From assembly GCF_964204645.1 (NCBI RefSeq), contig NC_134027.1, forward strand, positions 27,304,560-27,368,559: DNA of 64,000 nucleotides, in the 5' to 3' direction. Made by a program: the position numbers and the translations under genes. Below the pieces are notes generated by a model. It was not told the origin of the DNA. It worked only from the letters and a program-made list of their open reading frames with translations, and did not search any database. This DNA comes from Tubulanus polymorphus (taxonomy: Eukaryota > Animalia > Nemertea). Of this stretch, positions 38,087 through 49,980 are shown one piece after another. Numbering within the stretch: position 1 is the stretch's first letter; every line of letters starts with the position of its first letter.

Positions 38087-41000
38087 ATGCTTTCATCAAA
38101 TATGAGGCATTTTCATAGACACGTCAAAAATCTACAGCAGTTATCTACAAGGAGATTGTGTCAACAGCAAACTGCATCACAGAGCAGCAGTAGCAGCAGG
38201 ACGAGATATATATTACCAGTTGTATTAGTAGCGCCACCTACTGCTTTAACTGCGTACTATTTATCTCTAGATAAACAGCAAAAGCGTAAACTTAACGTGA
38301 CACTGGCGGGATTCAGCAGATTCGCTAGGTAATTACCATTCCCACTCCGTCCTTCTACTCAGTAATTACTATTCCCACTCTGTCCATCCATCCTGTTATC
38401 TTTCTTGTTATTCTTTGATTAGTTCAGTTGGTGCTGGGCATAAAAATACTAAACTGATGAGAACTGAATGAGCGGAAAGTGTGTTATTATCTGTTTATTT
38501 GGTCGCTGTGTCACTTAATCACCAGATTACAACTGATTGTATTTGTGTATTTCAGGTCGTTATGGGTCGGTTTATCTCTTTCTATTGATTATAAATGGAA
38601 TCTGTATGGAATTGATGAGGTATGTATCCATATGAGAGCTTCACTTCTCCTTACATAGGTAATGCTTAGAGTAGTGTAATTTAGTTAGTGTTTAGTCCTT
38701 TGATCGGCTTGTGATGTTTATATTTAAAGGATAGTTGTGATGTTAATATTTAAAGAATAGTTGTGATGTTTATATTTAAAGAATAGTTGTGATGTTTATA
38801 TTTAAAGGATAGTTGTGATGTTTATATTTGAAGGATAGTTGTGATGTTTATATTTAAAGGATAGTTGTGATGTTTATATTTGAAGGATAGTTGTGATGTT
38901 TATATTTAAAGGATAGTTGTGATGATTACGACACAATACTGCGAGGGTGTCATCTCAGAGCGGCACAGCGGATACTCGATGGTTGTTTGAAGAACGGTGG
39001 TTTGTACATCAAACTCGGACAAGGTCTCGTTTCTATGAACCATATTTTACCCGAGGAATATTTGAAGACTTTAGAAGTTTTACAAGATAAAAGTTTATCA
39101 CGGAAAATTGATGAGGTAAATTTGTGAATTTTTGTTATAATCTGGAATGGAAAATGAAACTGATGTTTGTCTAGGTACTGGTGTAATCTCTGTATTGAGT
39201 GACAGTTTTTAAATTGTTTTCATGTCATTTATTGATTTCTAGGTTGAACAGTTATTTGAGGAAGATTTCGGAGTAAAACCGACTGAAATGTTTAAAGAGT
39301 TCAATGATGAGCCGTTAGCAGCTGCGAGTCTCGCGCAGGTGCATAAAGCAGTTACTCACAGCGGTGAAACGGTAGCTGTAAAGGTGCGTAGATATATCTC
39401 AGTAAATCCCGCCTGAAACTGCTCGAGTAAATTCATAAAACTAAAAAAAAACTCTAAATAAAAAAGTTAACTGCTTGAGGCATGTTACTCAAAAATTGGT
39501 TAGAGATAACCAGCAGATAAAAACGATGTTTTTTAACAATGAACTTTTACTTGTCAATATCTAATAACTTACCAACTTTGAGCAACTGCGGCCTCTGAAT
39601 ATTACACTTCTAAGCAGACTTTGATATTGAACAAACATTCTTTAATTAGTTGTGTGTATGATTTGTTTAGGTACAATATATTGATCTGAGGGACAGGTTT
39701 AAAGGTGATATAATTACGTGTGAAATTCTACTGAGAATTATCGAATGGATGCATCCAAAATTCAGCTTCTCGTGGGTCATGAAGGTACGATTCATTCAAA
39801 TAGAGTCATGAGAATAATAATTGAAATTTTGATTCAATCATTGATTGATTGATTTATTTGGATTCAGGAATTAAAAGGTACTCTCGCCGACGAGTTGGAT
39901 TTTGAAAAAGAAGGACAAAATGCCGAGCGTTGTCAAAGAGAATTAAAACATTTGAAATACGCTTACGTCCCGAAAATAGATTGGGATAAAACTAGTAAGG
40001 TAAAGAATAGAACGTTGTTGTTTGAATTGTGATCTGTTTTACAATCTGTATTTAATTGGATAATGTGTTGTTTTTATTTGTAGCGGGTTTTAACTGCTGA
40101 ATTTATAGATGGTTGTAAAATAAGTAACATACAAGCGATTAAAGATATGGGTCTAACTCTGAAAGATGTAAGTTTATTTAGGTTCTACTTAACCAGAAGA
40201 ACCCAGTTCTTCATCCATTCTGAATCCGATCTGAAGTTTTTGGTTATGTTGACTTGGGCTTAAACAACAAGCTTTGAAACTGTGGCACTGGGTGCAGCTG
40301 TTTAGTTGAACTGACAGGGTTCATAACAGTCCTTGAGAATGAGTTTGGGCCACTATAAACCCTGAACTCAGTGCTGTTTAGTTGAACTGATGATTATATT
40401 TCTGTTTTATAGGTCGATCATAAACTAGTCACGTGTTTCGCTACTCAGATATTTCACACGGGTTTCGTTCATGCTGATCCACATCCTGGCAATAGTAAGT
40501 CTAATAAATAACATCCATCAATTTCAGACTTAAACGAGCTGAGAAATATTTCTTGAAATGAAAACCCACGATTGATGAAATATTTTACTCATATTCGAAC
40601 TGTTTTTCAGGATTTTGACTCTAATCTGAAATTGCTGAGACAATGACATGGCAACTTAAGAGAAAATCTCAAAACTGTTAGAAAATAGATATTTCACAAT
40701 TGTGGGATTTTTACTCGCTAAAAACAGTCAGTCAGTCAGTCAGTCAGTCAGTCAGTCAGTCAGTCAGTCAGTCAGTCAGTCAGTCAGACAGTCAGTCAGT
40801 CAATTAATCAGTCAATCATGCTGAAATATTTGTGTTGTTATATTATTTTCAGTATTTGTACGTAAAGGTCGAGATGGAAAAGCTGAATTAGTTTTATTAG
40901 ATCATGGTTTATACGAATATTTACCGACTGAAAACCGTCTGTCGTTGTGTAAACTGTATAAATGTATAATAATGTCTGATGAAACTGGAATGAAGAAGTT

Positions 41001-43819
41001 CAGTAAACAACTCGGTGTCGACGGTAAGAATCACAGAAAATCAACATCGGTAGAATCTCCTCATAAAACGAGTCAATCGGGTGCAGTGGTTTCTGAGTTA
41101 GTTCGCAATTCGAATTCAGGCAAACAAATTTGATTCATATTCTGTTGTCTGAATGATTAGTGTGTTCAACTTGGAAACATTCAAATCAAGACGAGTCCAC
41201 TGTAAATCTATATGAAACTCACTATACAACCTCAAATTTGATTTGAGTTCTATGGGTAGATGAACCTATTCGAAATAACTGTCTTTGAATCATAAGTTTG
41301 ATTTGTTGTTTCTTCTGGATAGAATCAGTTATAAGATACTTATAGACTATAGAAAAGTTCATTCCTTTTCACAAGTCTATAATTATAACTAATGATCCAA
41401 GGAGGTTCTACTGTAAATACAAAATTCAAAGTTTAAAATTATGACATGAGTGTTAAATAAATACATATGAAATTAGAGGGACATAATTATCAGTATTGGA
41501 TCTTAATATCTAGAAAGTATTTACATCTTCAGCTGCATGAAATTTCAATTTGTTTAGACAAAATTATATATCATTTATAAACAAATTTTTCATAGATCAA
41601 GAATTTAAAAATGATCACTTCAGCAATAGCTGATGTTCGCCAGCAGTGTGTGACTATTCGACTATTGAAATATGTTTATTATTGATTATTTCCGATAGAT
41701 TATTATCTGTTTTCGTTGCTGATTTATATGAGACCGATAAAACTTCCGAATCGTGACCCTTCGCATTCGTTACACCTCGATTTCAAGGACTTCAAAAAAC
41801 TTTCACCGGAAAAAAAAGCGTTAATTCGCAAACAAGTCGAGGATATCCACTTCGGAGGCGTGAACATCTTACGACAAATGCCTCATCAACTTCTTCTCAT
41901 TTTTAGGTAAGAATCATCGGGGAAAAATACGCGATAAAATTACGGTTTGATTTTATAATTTACAGATTATCACATTTTCGCTGAAGTAATTGTACAACGT
42001 CCAATAAAACGTGATACTCTACGCTTACCGAGTCAAATGACCGACGAGGATTTAAAATATATGAGAACAGCAGTTCAACATCATTTCGATGAAATCGTCG
42101 TAGTACTTAGAGATATGCCTAAACCAATGTTATTATTTATCAGGTCGGTTTTATTAGTATTTCATGTTGCTATGCTTGCTTATTACGCTTGCTTACTCTT
42201 ATAAGGGCGGCTTGCTTTGCCTTACTCAAGGAGTGGGGCTTGCTTTTCCTACTCTAGGAGTGGGGCTTTCTTTGTTTACTCTACAAGAGCAGGTTTTGCC
42301 CTTAACAAGGCTTTAACGCAACAGTAGCTTATATTTTCTTGAAGATTTGTTCGCCTGTTTCACTTAAAATATTGATTTATTTGCAGGAATTTAAATACAA
42401 TCAGAGCTATAAATAGAACTCATGGTCATCCTGTAGATAGATACAGTATCATGGCTAAAACGTAAGTTCAAATTATATTATTTACATCTAATCATAGCTA
42501 TTAGCATATGAAAGAACAGTGACAGGTCAGCTGACCAGTGACATCACAGCCTCTCATAACTGACATGTGACCCTATCCTTAGGTCAGGTGACCAGTGACA
42601 TCACAGTCACTCAGCACTAGCAGCTAACCCTAACCCTAGGTCAGCTGACCAGTGACATCACAAACACTCACTCCTAACAGCTAACCCTAACCCTAGGTCA
42701 GGTGACCAGTGACATCACAGTCACTCAGCTAACCCTAACCCTAGGTCAGCTGACCAGTGACATCACAGCCACTCAGTACTATCAGCTAACCCTAACCCTA
42801 GGTCAGGTGACCAGTGACATCACAGTCACTCAGTACTAGCAGCTAACCCTAACCCTAGGTCAGGTGACCAGTGACATCACAGGCAGTCATGTCTAGCATC
42901 TAACTGACAGCAGAAGCCTGGAAGGCTCCAACTAGCAAGTAGTTGGAGCCTTCCTTCATTCATATATTACAGAGCTATAAGTGGAATGTTCCGAGAGAAA
43001 GTGTCTCCATCACTTGTGGATTATATGAAATGTTGTTACGAGTCACAGATTTATGATCTGAAAGTGAAGTAGGTTTCATTCTAATTCATCATCGCAATCA
43101 ATCAATATAGAACACAGTTTATAATGAAACCATATTTGTTTAATTTAGAATGGAGAATCTGCGAATGTGGCTCGGTTTGTTCTATATACGAATATTAGTT
43201 TGGTTCGGAAGAATTCCTGATTTAACTCAAGTTATGCAATCTATACACAATAAAGGGGACAGGTAAGCAAACACGCCACCTGGTGACGAGAACTAGCAGT
43301 ACGTAGAAGACTGGTCCGTCAATCAATGATTCATTTCTCAGTTTCACCCAGTCCTGAAATGAACTGAGAGCTCTGGTCAAACGGGGGAGGGGGCTGCAAT
43401 AACAATATACCACTGATGCACCAAGGTTCTCGATGGATTCTCTGCTTGCCTCTCATCGTTCTAGGACTGAATGTTTCTATAATAGCCCTAAAGTTGATAT
43501 GACAATATAAACCTATCTGTATTCCTATTACCTCCAAATCTTTATCAAGACTCGTTAGATTAACAGGGGTTTGTTGGTCAAAAGTTGGTGAAAATCAAAG
43601 TGGATAGCTGAAAACTGTATTTACCTTTACCCACCTACCTTCCAGCTACTGATGATACCAGAAACCAGTTCCACAGTTCTCAAGTTCTTTTTAGGATTAT
43701 TGAAATGTTTATTACCACAAGTCAAATTCAAATTCATACTTGTGGAATTGGTTCATGTTTACAGGTACTCAGTTGTGTATTATAATAGTTTGTTGTTTTT
43801 TTCTAGGATGTATGGATGA
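38087..43819 (+). CDS. ADCK5: AarF/UbiB (ABC1) family atypical kinase ADCK5, with a putative mitochondrial presequence
   Basis: Exons 38087-38328, 38556-38619, 38912-39115, 39243-39383, 39671-39784, 39868-39999, 40084-40167, 40413-40494, 40853-41023, [41699-41906 or 41966-42143], 42387-42461, 42973-43068, 43149-43262, 43807-43819. Motifs [49 protein letters not shown]. The C-terminal [18 protein letters not shown] favours ADCK5 over ADCK1. Confidence 0.88.
38709..38916 (+). repeat. 26-bp tandem repeat x8 spanning an ADCK5 3' splice site
   Basis: Unit ttgtgatgtttatatttaaag|gatag; the last copy supplies the acceptor at 38911/38912. Confidence 0.92.
40724..40802. repeat. (CAGT)n tetranucleotide microsatellite
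   Basis: About 19 copies. Confidence 0.97.
41699..41906 (+). CDS. ADCK5: ADCK5 alternative (duplicated, divergent) exon A
   Basis: tag|AT...AG|gtaag, 208 nt, phase 1 to 2, open frame: [18 protein letters not shown]...[16 protein letters not shown]. Confidence 0.75.
41966..42143 (+). CDS. ADCK5: ADCK5 alternative (ancestral-like) exon B
   Basis: cag|AT...AG|gtcgg, 178 nt, phase 1 to 2: [22 protein letters not shown]...[16 protein letters not shown]. Confidence 0.82.
42518..42885. repeat. ~60-bp minisatellite with embedded (TAACCC)2 telomere-like motif
   Basis: agctaaccctaaccctaggtcaggtgaccagtgacatcacag.. about 6 copies. Confidence 0.9.
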
Positions 43820-44537
43820 CGACAGTCTCTACGTTAGATCGAGGAAATAATAATCATAGTTTCTGCATCGGGCTGTGATATTGGTTTCTGTATTAGATAT
43901 ATTCAAATTGTTTTGTAATCAAAGTCAATTGTTAAACAGGAATAATTTATTTAGAATCATCAGTTCAACTCATCAGGAATTACGATGGAGAAATGGCCTG
44001 TAATCACAAATCAATGCCTGTAATCTTACAACATTGTATCTCTACGAGAAATGGCCTGTAATCAGTAACCAGTAATCTTACTACATTGTATCCAATGTAT
44101 TGTGGACTTTCATTGTGTAAATATATACAATTTTAACTTAAAACTTTTTTTAAAACTGTTGAAAAGGACTTAATTTTTCTCAAATGAAATAAAGTATTAT
44201 TTAGTTGTTTTACGCTGGGTGTTTATTGACTGAATCTATTGTGTGCTCAGTCTATAGGGTCTGCTATAGTGTGTGACTTGGTCCGAACCTCTTAAACAAA
44301 TAAACGACAATAAAACAAAAAATCCTTTTCAAAACTTTATTTACCAATATGACAATTTTCGAAGAACTATAGTAATATAATTATTACACGAATTACATGT
44401 TATATATTACTGAAATTAGAGTTAATTTCTACAAACAAAAACCAATTACATGCACATGTGACATGTAGCTATATTTAGCACATCTAGATATCGATATTGC
44501 AATACAATTTGTTAAAACTATAAAGATACATTTAGAA

Positions 44538-47500
44538 TCAAGAAGCGGCTTGAACTAAATGTTCATTGTATTCTATTAGTTCGGTTTTAATTCGAAACGT
44601 TTCGTTCAGTTGTTCAGGACACTGTAGATCACTATTAGTTCTATTGTTTATTTCTGCTTGTTGGTCGCCATCACTCATTGATTCGTTACCTGTAAATAAA
44701 GTAATAAGTCCGAGTTACGATTCGAATTTTGTATCAATTGTTTGGGGTGGAGAGCTCCAAAGAAACTGTCATTGTACAGGGTTCGAACTGCAAGGCAACG
44801 TTGGTCTTTCTCAAGATTCAAACTATCAACTGTTTGGGGATGGAGGGCTCCGGGGGAAGGAGCTCGAACCAGGATAGAGAGCTCGGGGAACTGCAAGGAA
44901 ACATGGTGTCTCTCGATTCAAACTATCAATCGTTGGCGGAATTGAGCACGAGGTCTGAAAGTATCAAATAGCTGTAACTTAGATATGAGATTATCAATAT
45001 ATCTTCGATATATCAGATATTTACCGATTGAAGGAGAGTTATTATTTTCACCGATGATTTTATCATTGTCTTTATGAATTGTGCAGTGGTGATGATTCAA
45101 TAATCGAAGTTGTGGAAATGTTTCGTCGCAAACGTCACATCGGAACTGCTGCAAATATAATCAGAAACATAAGGTACAGTTGTACAGGTGGTTCTGTCGA
45201 AAATTACAAGGCGGAAAATTAACCCCGAGAACCGAAATACTTTCAACAGTTCAATCGGCGCTCTCAAGTTGTAGTTGTGACGATCATTATGTTGATGAAA
45301 ATATCCAAATATTGTCTTTGACACGTGCGTAGTAAATTGCATTGTAAAAATTGAGACATGATTGAAAAATTGAAACGACTTCAGCCATGTGATAGACGAC
45401 TTATCCAAATGAGTTAGACTGTAAATTAGTCGGGGACTATGTGAAAAGGGGAGATTCTCTGATATTATATGGACTTGTCACAGTGGTAATCGGGAGCCAA
45501 GTTATGATGATGTTCATCAAATTTTCATAGAATGTGAAATTTAGAATTTTGGATATCGAGATCTCAACATTTGCAGCTGTTAAATTGATATTCCCTGTCC
45601 GATGATGGTGTTGACGTAACATCACCGATATCTAATCCAGATATTTCACTTTGATAATCATAAAAGCCCAGCTATACTTTATACGTGTATAGCGGAGTCT
45701 TTCCCTTTGAATAATTCGTCGTGTGGACGTCACGCATACTGTTTACACGCGTCATATTGGACGTGAAATGGCAGTGAACTGCGACCTTTTACTTCAGTAG
45801 CCACTTGTGTTTGATGTCCAATATGACGCATCTCGACGTTTAAACGTATTTCCCCTATCCACGGATACCTTTCCATAGAAGTACATGAAATAACTCGTAG
45901 ATAGAAGCCTGAATAATACGTGTCCAGGATGGAATATAGTATTAGTATAAACTATGAATGTGTTTTAATACTTATTTCCCTCAGAAACACAGAAAAACAC
46001 ACGGCACTAGAGATCAAAAGAGAATAACCTCTTTAAAACAGATGTTATAGATATTTGAGTGGATATTTAATCCTATTTCAGCTACTCTGTCGTATATATT
46101 ATAATATAGGTGATCTATGATATATATGTATGTGATATAAATACCTGATTAAAATGACTAGACATGTGCTCCTTCATTTGACTCTTCTTTACAAACGACT
46201 TCAAACACACCGAACAATTAAACTGTTTATTAATTGGAAATTTCATCGGGGAATTACGATTTTCTTTTCCTGAAATTATAATACAAATCAACATCGATGT
46301 TTTAGATTTCTGATAGCAGCTTATATTTCGTGATTTAGTTGAAGCAGATTTCAATCTATAGCCTGGAACCTGCGACCCTTCAGACATTCAACAATGAAAA
46401 CAAAAGTGTGCTGGTAAAATGTCTGATGTCTGGCGCTTGTAGTTCATTTTCGATTAAAAATGTCTCAGATGAAGCACTGAACACACGTGAAGTGTGGACG
46501 ATCAGTTTTTGAAAGTGTGCTGATAAAATGTAGCTACATGTCTGGCGTTTGTAGTTCATTTTCGATTAGAAATGTCTCGGGTGAAACACTGAACATAATA
46601 TGTGAAGTGTGGACGATCAGTCTTTGAAAGTTAGTGTGCTGATAAATATCTGGCATCTGTAAAAAGTAGTTCATTTTCAATACAAAGACAGTTGCAGGGG
46701 CTGAAGGGATGCAGGCTACAGGCTATCAGATTGAAACCGGCGTGTATCAATCAGCGTGAAGTTGAATTTACCTGTTCCATGTACTTTCATATGGCTATAA
46801 AGCGAACTAAAACTATTCGTTTCTTTATCACAAACTGGACATTGTAAATAACATTTCTCCATCACGGCGGCGTCTCCGTGATTCTTCATAAAATGTTGCT
46901 GTAAATCGAGTATACCGATGTAAGATTGCGGACACATAGGGCACTTTATTCTCTTATCGTTGTGAGTTTTATGATGCACGTTCAGTTCGGTGACGTTCGG
47001 GAAGACTTTCTCACAATCGGGACATTGAATTTCAGCCGCTGAACCGGCAGCCCCGCGTTCGACTTTGATTCCGTGAATGAAAAGATGATTTTGCAACTCG
47101 GCGCTAAAGAAGAATCTCTGATTACATTGAATACAGGAATATTTCCGAGCGCTGATTCCGTGTTCTAAAACGTGTGATTGAATCGCAGTCGGCTGCGTGA
47201 ATACAGTATGACAAACATAACAACGGAATTCTTTCAATCCCTCGAACGTGTGTTCAATTAGATGACATTGAAGTTTCGCGGGCGATTCGAATATTTGGTC
47301 GCAGATGTGACATTCGTGCACATTTCCCTCCTGGATCATGTGGGTCGCTACGTGCATCTGTATCTCGTATTCAGTATTGAAAGCTTCCTGACACTTTATG
47401 CACTGATAAGTTTTCTTATGTATTTTAATGTGGTCGTTCAGTAATTGTTTACTGTTTACGGTAATACCGCACCAGTCGCATCTGAATTCAGCTACCGCGG

Positions 47501-49940
47501 GCACCGCCACGGACGCAGCTACCGCAGCAGCTGCTGCTGATGATGATGAGTCGTTCCCGTGGTAACACGGTTTACACACGTAATAAGCGCGACCGCTCGC
47601 GTTCAATTTCGGAACAAGTTGTTCCTGATCGTCAAACGTTTTCAAACACACGCAACAAGTGAAAAAACTTTTCGTCGATTTCGACGATTTGTTTTTCGTC
47701 GGGTCAGGAGAAGATTTCAACTCGAGTTTCGGCGACGAATTCGGTCTGAATACACGACTGCTATGATGTGACGTCATATGTACGTCCAGTTCCGTTTTGG
47801 TACCGAACGATTTGTTACATTGTGTGCACTGATATTCCTCGTCGTGTCCGTGGTAACACGGTTTGCACACGTAATAAGCCCGACCGCTTGAATTTAATTT
47901 CGCCACCAAATTTTCTTTCGTACTGAAAGTCTTCAAACAGACGCAACACGTGAAAAAACTATGCGAGTTTTGGAAGTGAAATTTAGCGTGCATGTTCAGC
48001 TCGACAGACGACATCAGCGTCTGTCTGCAGATAACGCATTGCATGTTAGTTCCCTGTAAACCGTGTTGTTCCGAATGGAAATAAAACTGACTTTCATTTT
48101 TTAAAGTAAATTTACAAATTACGCAAACGTTTCCTTGCACGACTTTACAGTGTATGAGTTTATGTTCGGCTAAAATGTTACTACTAGGGAAAACTTCGTC
48201 GCAAATATTACATTTTAAACTGCTCGGGGTCGCGTGTACTTTCATGTGTTTCTCTAGTTCGCCTTTCGTTTTGAAAGTTTGATTACAATAAACGCAAGCG
48301 TTACTGAATTTATCAGGAAGCGTAAGGTCTAATGATTTGGTAGTTTCGCTGTGTGTTGGAGAATGAACTGTAACTGATGAGTTGTTAATCTCGAGTACGC
48401 TGTGAGATTGACTCAGGTGCGTCAACATCGTCGTTTCGTCGGCGAATTTAGCGTCGCAAACTGTACAATTAAACTTGTCATCTTCTCGATCTCTTGGAGG
48501 AGAAATATGAGATCTATTGTTGCCGATATCGGATTCGAATGATGTTTGATGTTTGAAATCGTGATTTGTGTCCTGACTATGTTTACTATGCATGTGTTTA
48601 TCTAATTGATATTCCACGTGGAACGCCTCTGAACACAGTGGACACTGGTATTGTTTTTTATGAGCCGTTAAATGTACTTGTAATTCCATTTCGGTGCTAA
48701 AACTATCTTTACAAAACAGACATCTGTACGGTTTAGATATGTGTAAATGTTGAACTTTCACGTGAAGTTGCCATTCCATTTCTGAACGGAATATCGTGCT
48801 GCAAAGTGTACACTTATACAGCTTACATTCATTACTGTGTTTGATAGCGAAATGAACTTGAACGTTTACTTTAGAATCGAAAATCTCTTTGCACAACGAA
48901 CACCTGTATAGATGATGGGCGTGAATGTCCATTAGATGTTTTTGAAGTTCGTCAGGTTTTGAGAACAGTTTCAGACAACTTGTACAGCCGTATTCAGTAG
49001 TCGAGGATAGATAATGCGTTATGAGATGAGTTTCTAGATCCTCCTGACTTGTGAAGTCGGTGCGACATTCAGGACAGGTCGGGTTGTTGGTACTGGTTAC
49101 CGGTGATGTAGTTATGGTAACGGTTGCCGATGAAGAACTCTCGCAGGGAACGGCTATTACCGGACTCGTTGTGAAATGACTACGTAAATGATCTTTGAAT
49201 AATTTCTGATCGTAGAATTTCATGCCGCATTGATCGCAATTGATAATTTCTAATTCGTCATTATTTTGAGTGGTTGGCTCCGGCAGCTGCGGAGATACGT
49301 GTATTTTAGGTATTTTGAGAAGTTGTTGAGGAGGGGAGTTGTTCGAGTTGAGATGTTCAGCGGAACGCTTACGTTCAGGAGATCTCTGTTGAAACGTATG
49401 ATTCTGATGAACTAAAGTCACGTGATCGGCTAACGTATTCTGATTGGTGAAAGAGATGTTACAAGCCGGACAAAAACACGTGATCGCTGAAGATGAAACT
49501 GACGATGACGTTGATGATGAAAGTTTGTGGTATTTATCTTTGTGATGTTTCATTTCTTCGGCGCTTTTAAATTCTTTATTACAGAAATCGCATTGAAACG
49601 GATGTTTAGAGCTGAACAGCGGTTCGTGTAGGATTTTCACGTGTTCGGCGAGATTATAAAATGTCGGATAGGCGGCGTTACAGAACGGACATAGATACGG
49701 TGCCTTAGATTTACCGGCGTGGACCATCTGAATATGCATGTCTAATACATCCTTATTCGAAAACCCACTTTTAAGACAAAATTCGCAAATCAGTTCAGCG
49801 TATGCTTGAGTTTTATCGTAATTAATCAGCGGATTGATCGAGGTATCGATTAAACTCGTCGTTTCGATTTGTGTCGTTTCGCTAATGACTAGAGAAAGAG
49901 GTTGTGATTGCGGTTCACACATTGTGATAGATGTAGCTGC

Positions 49941-49980
<40 letters not shown>

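Noticed and set aside
45097-45625. ORFs 45097-45408 and 45437-45625 as extra ZNF423 exons
   Set aside because: No finger motif or compatible donor; the gene splices in phase from 46145 to 45148/45145 without them.
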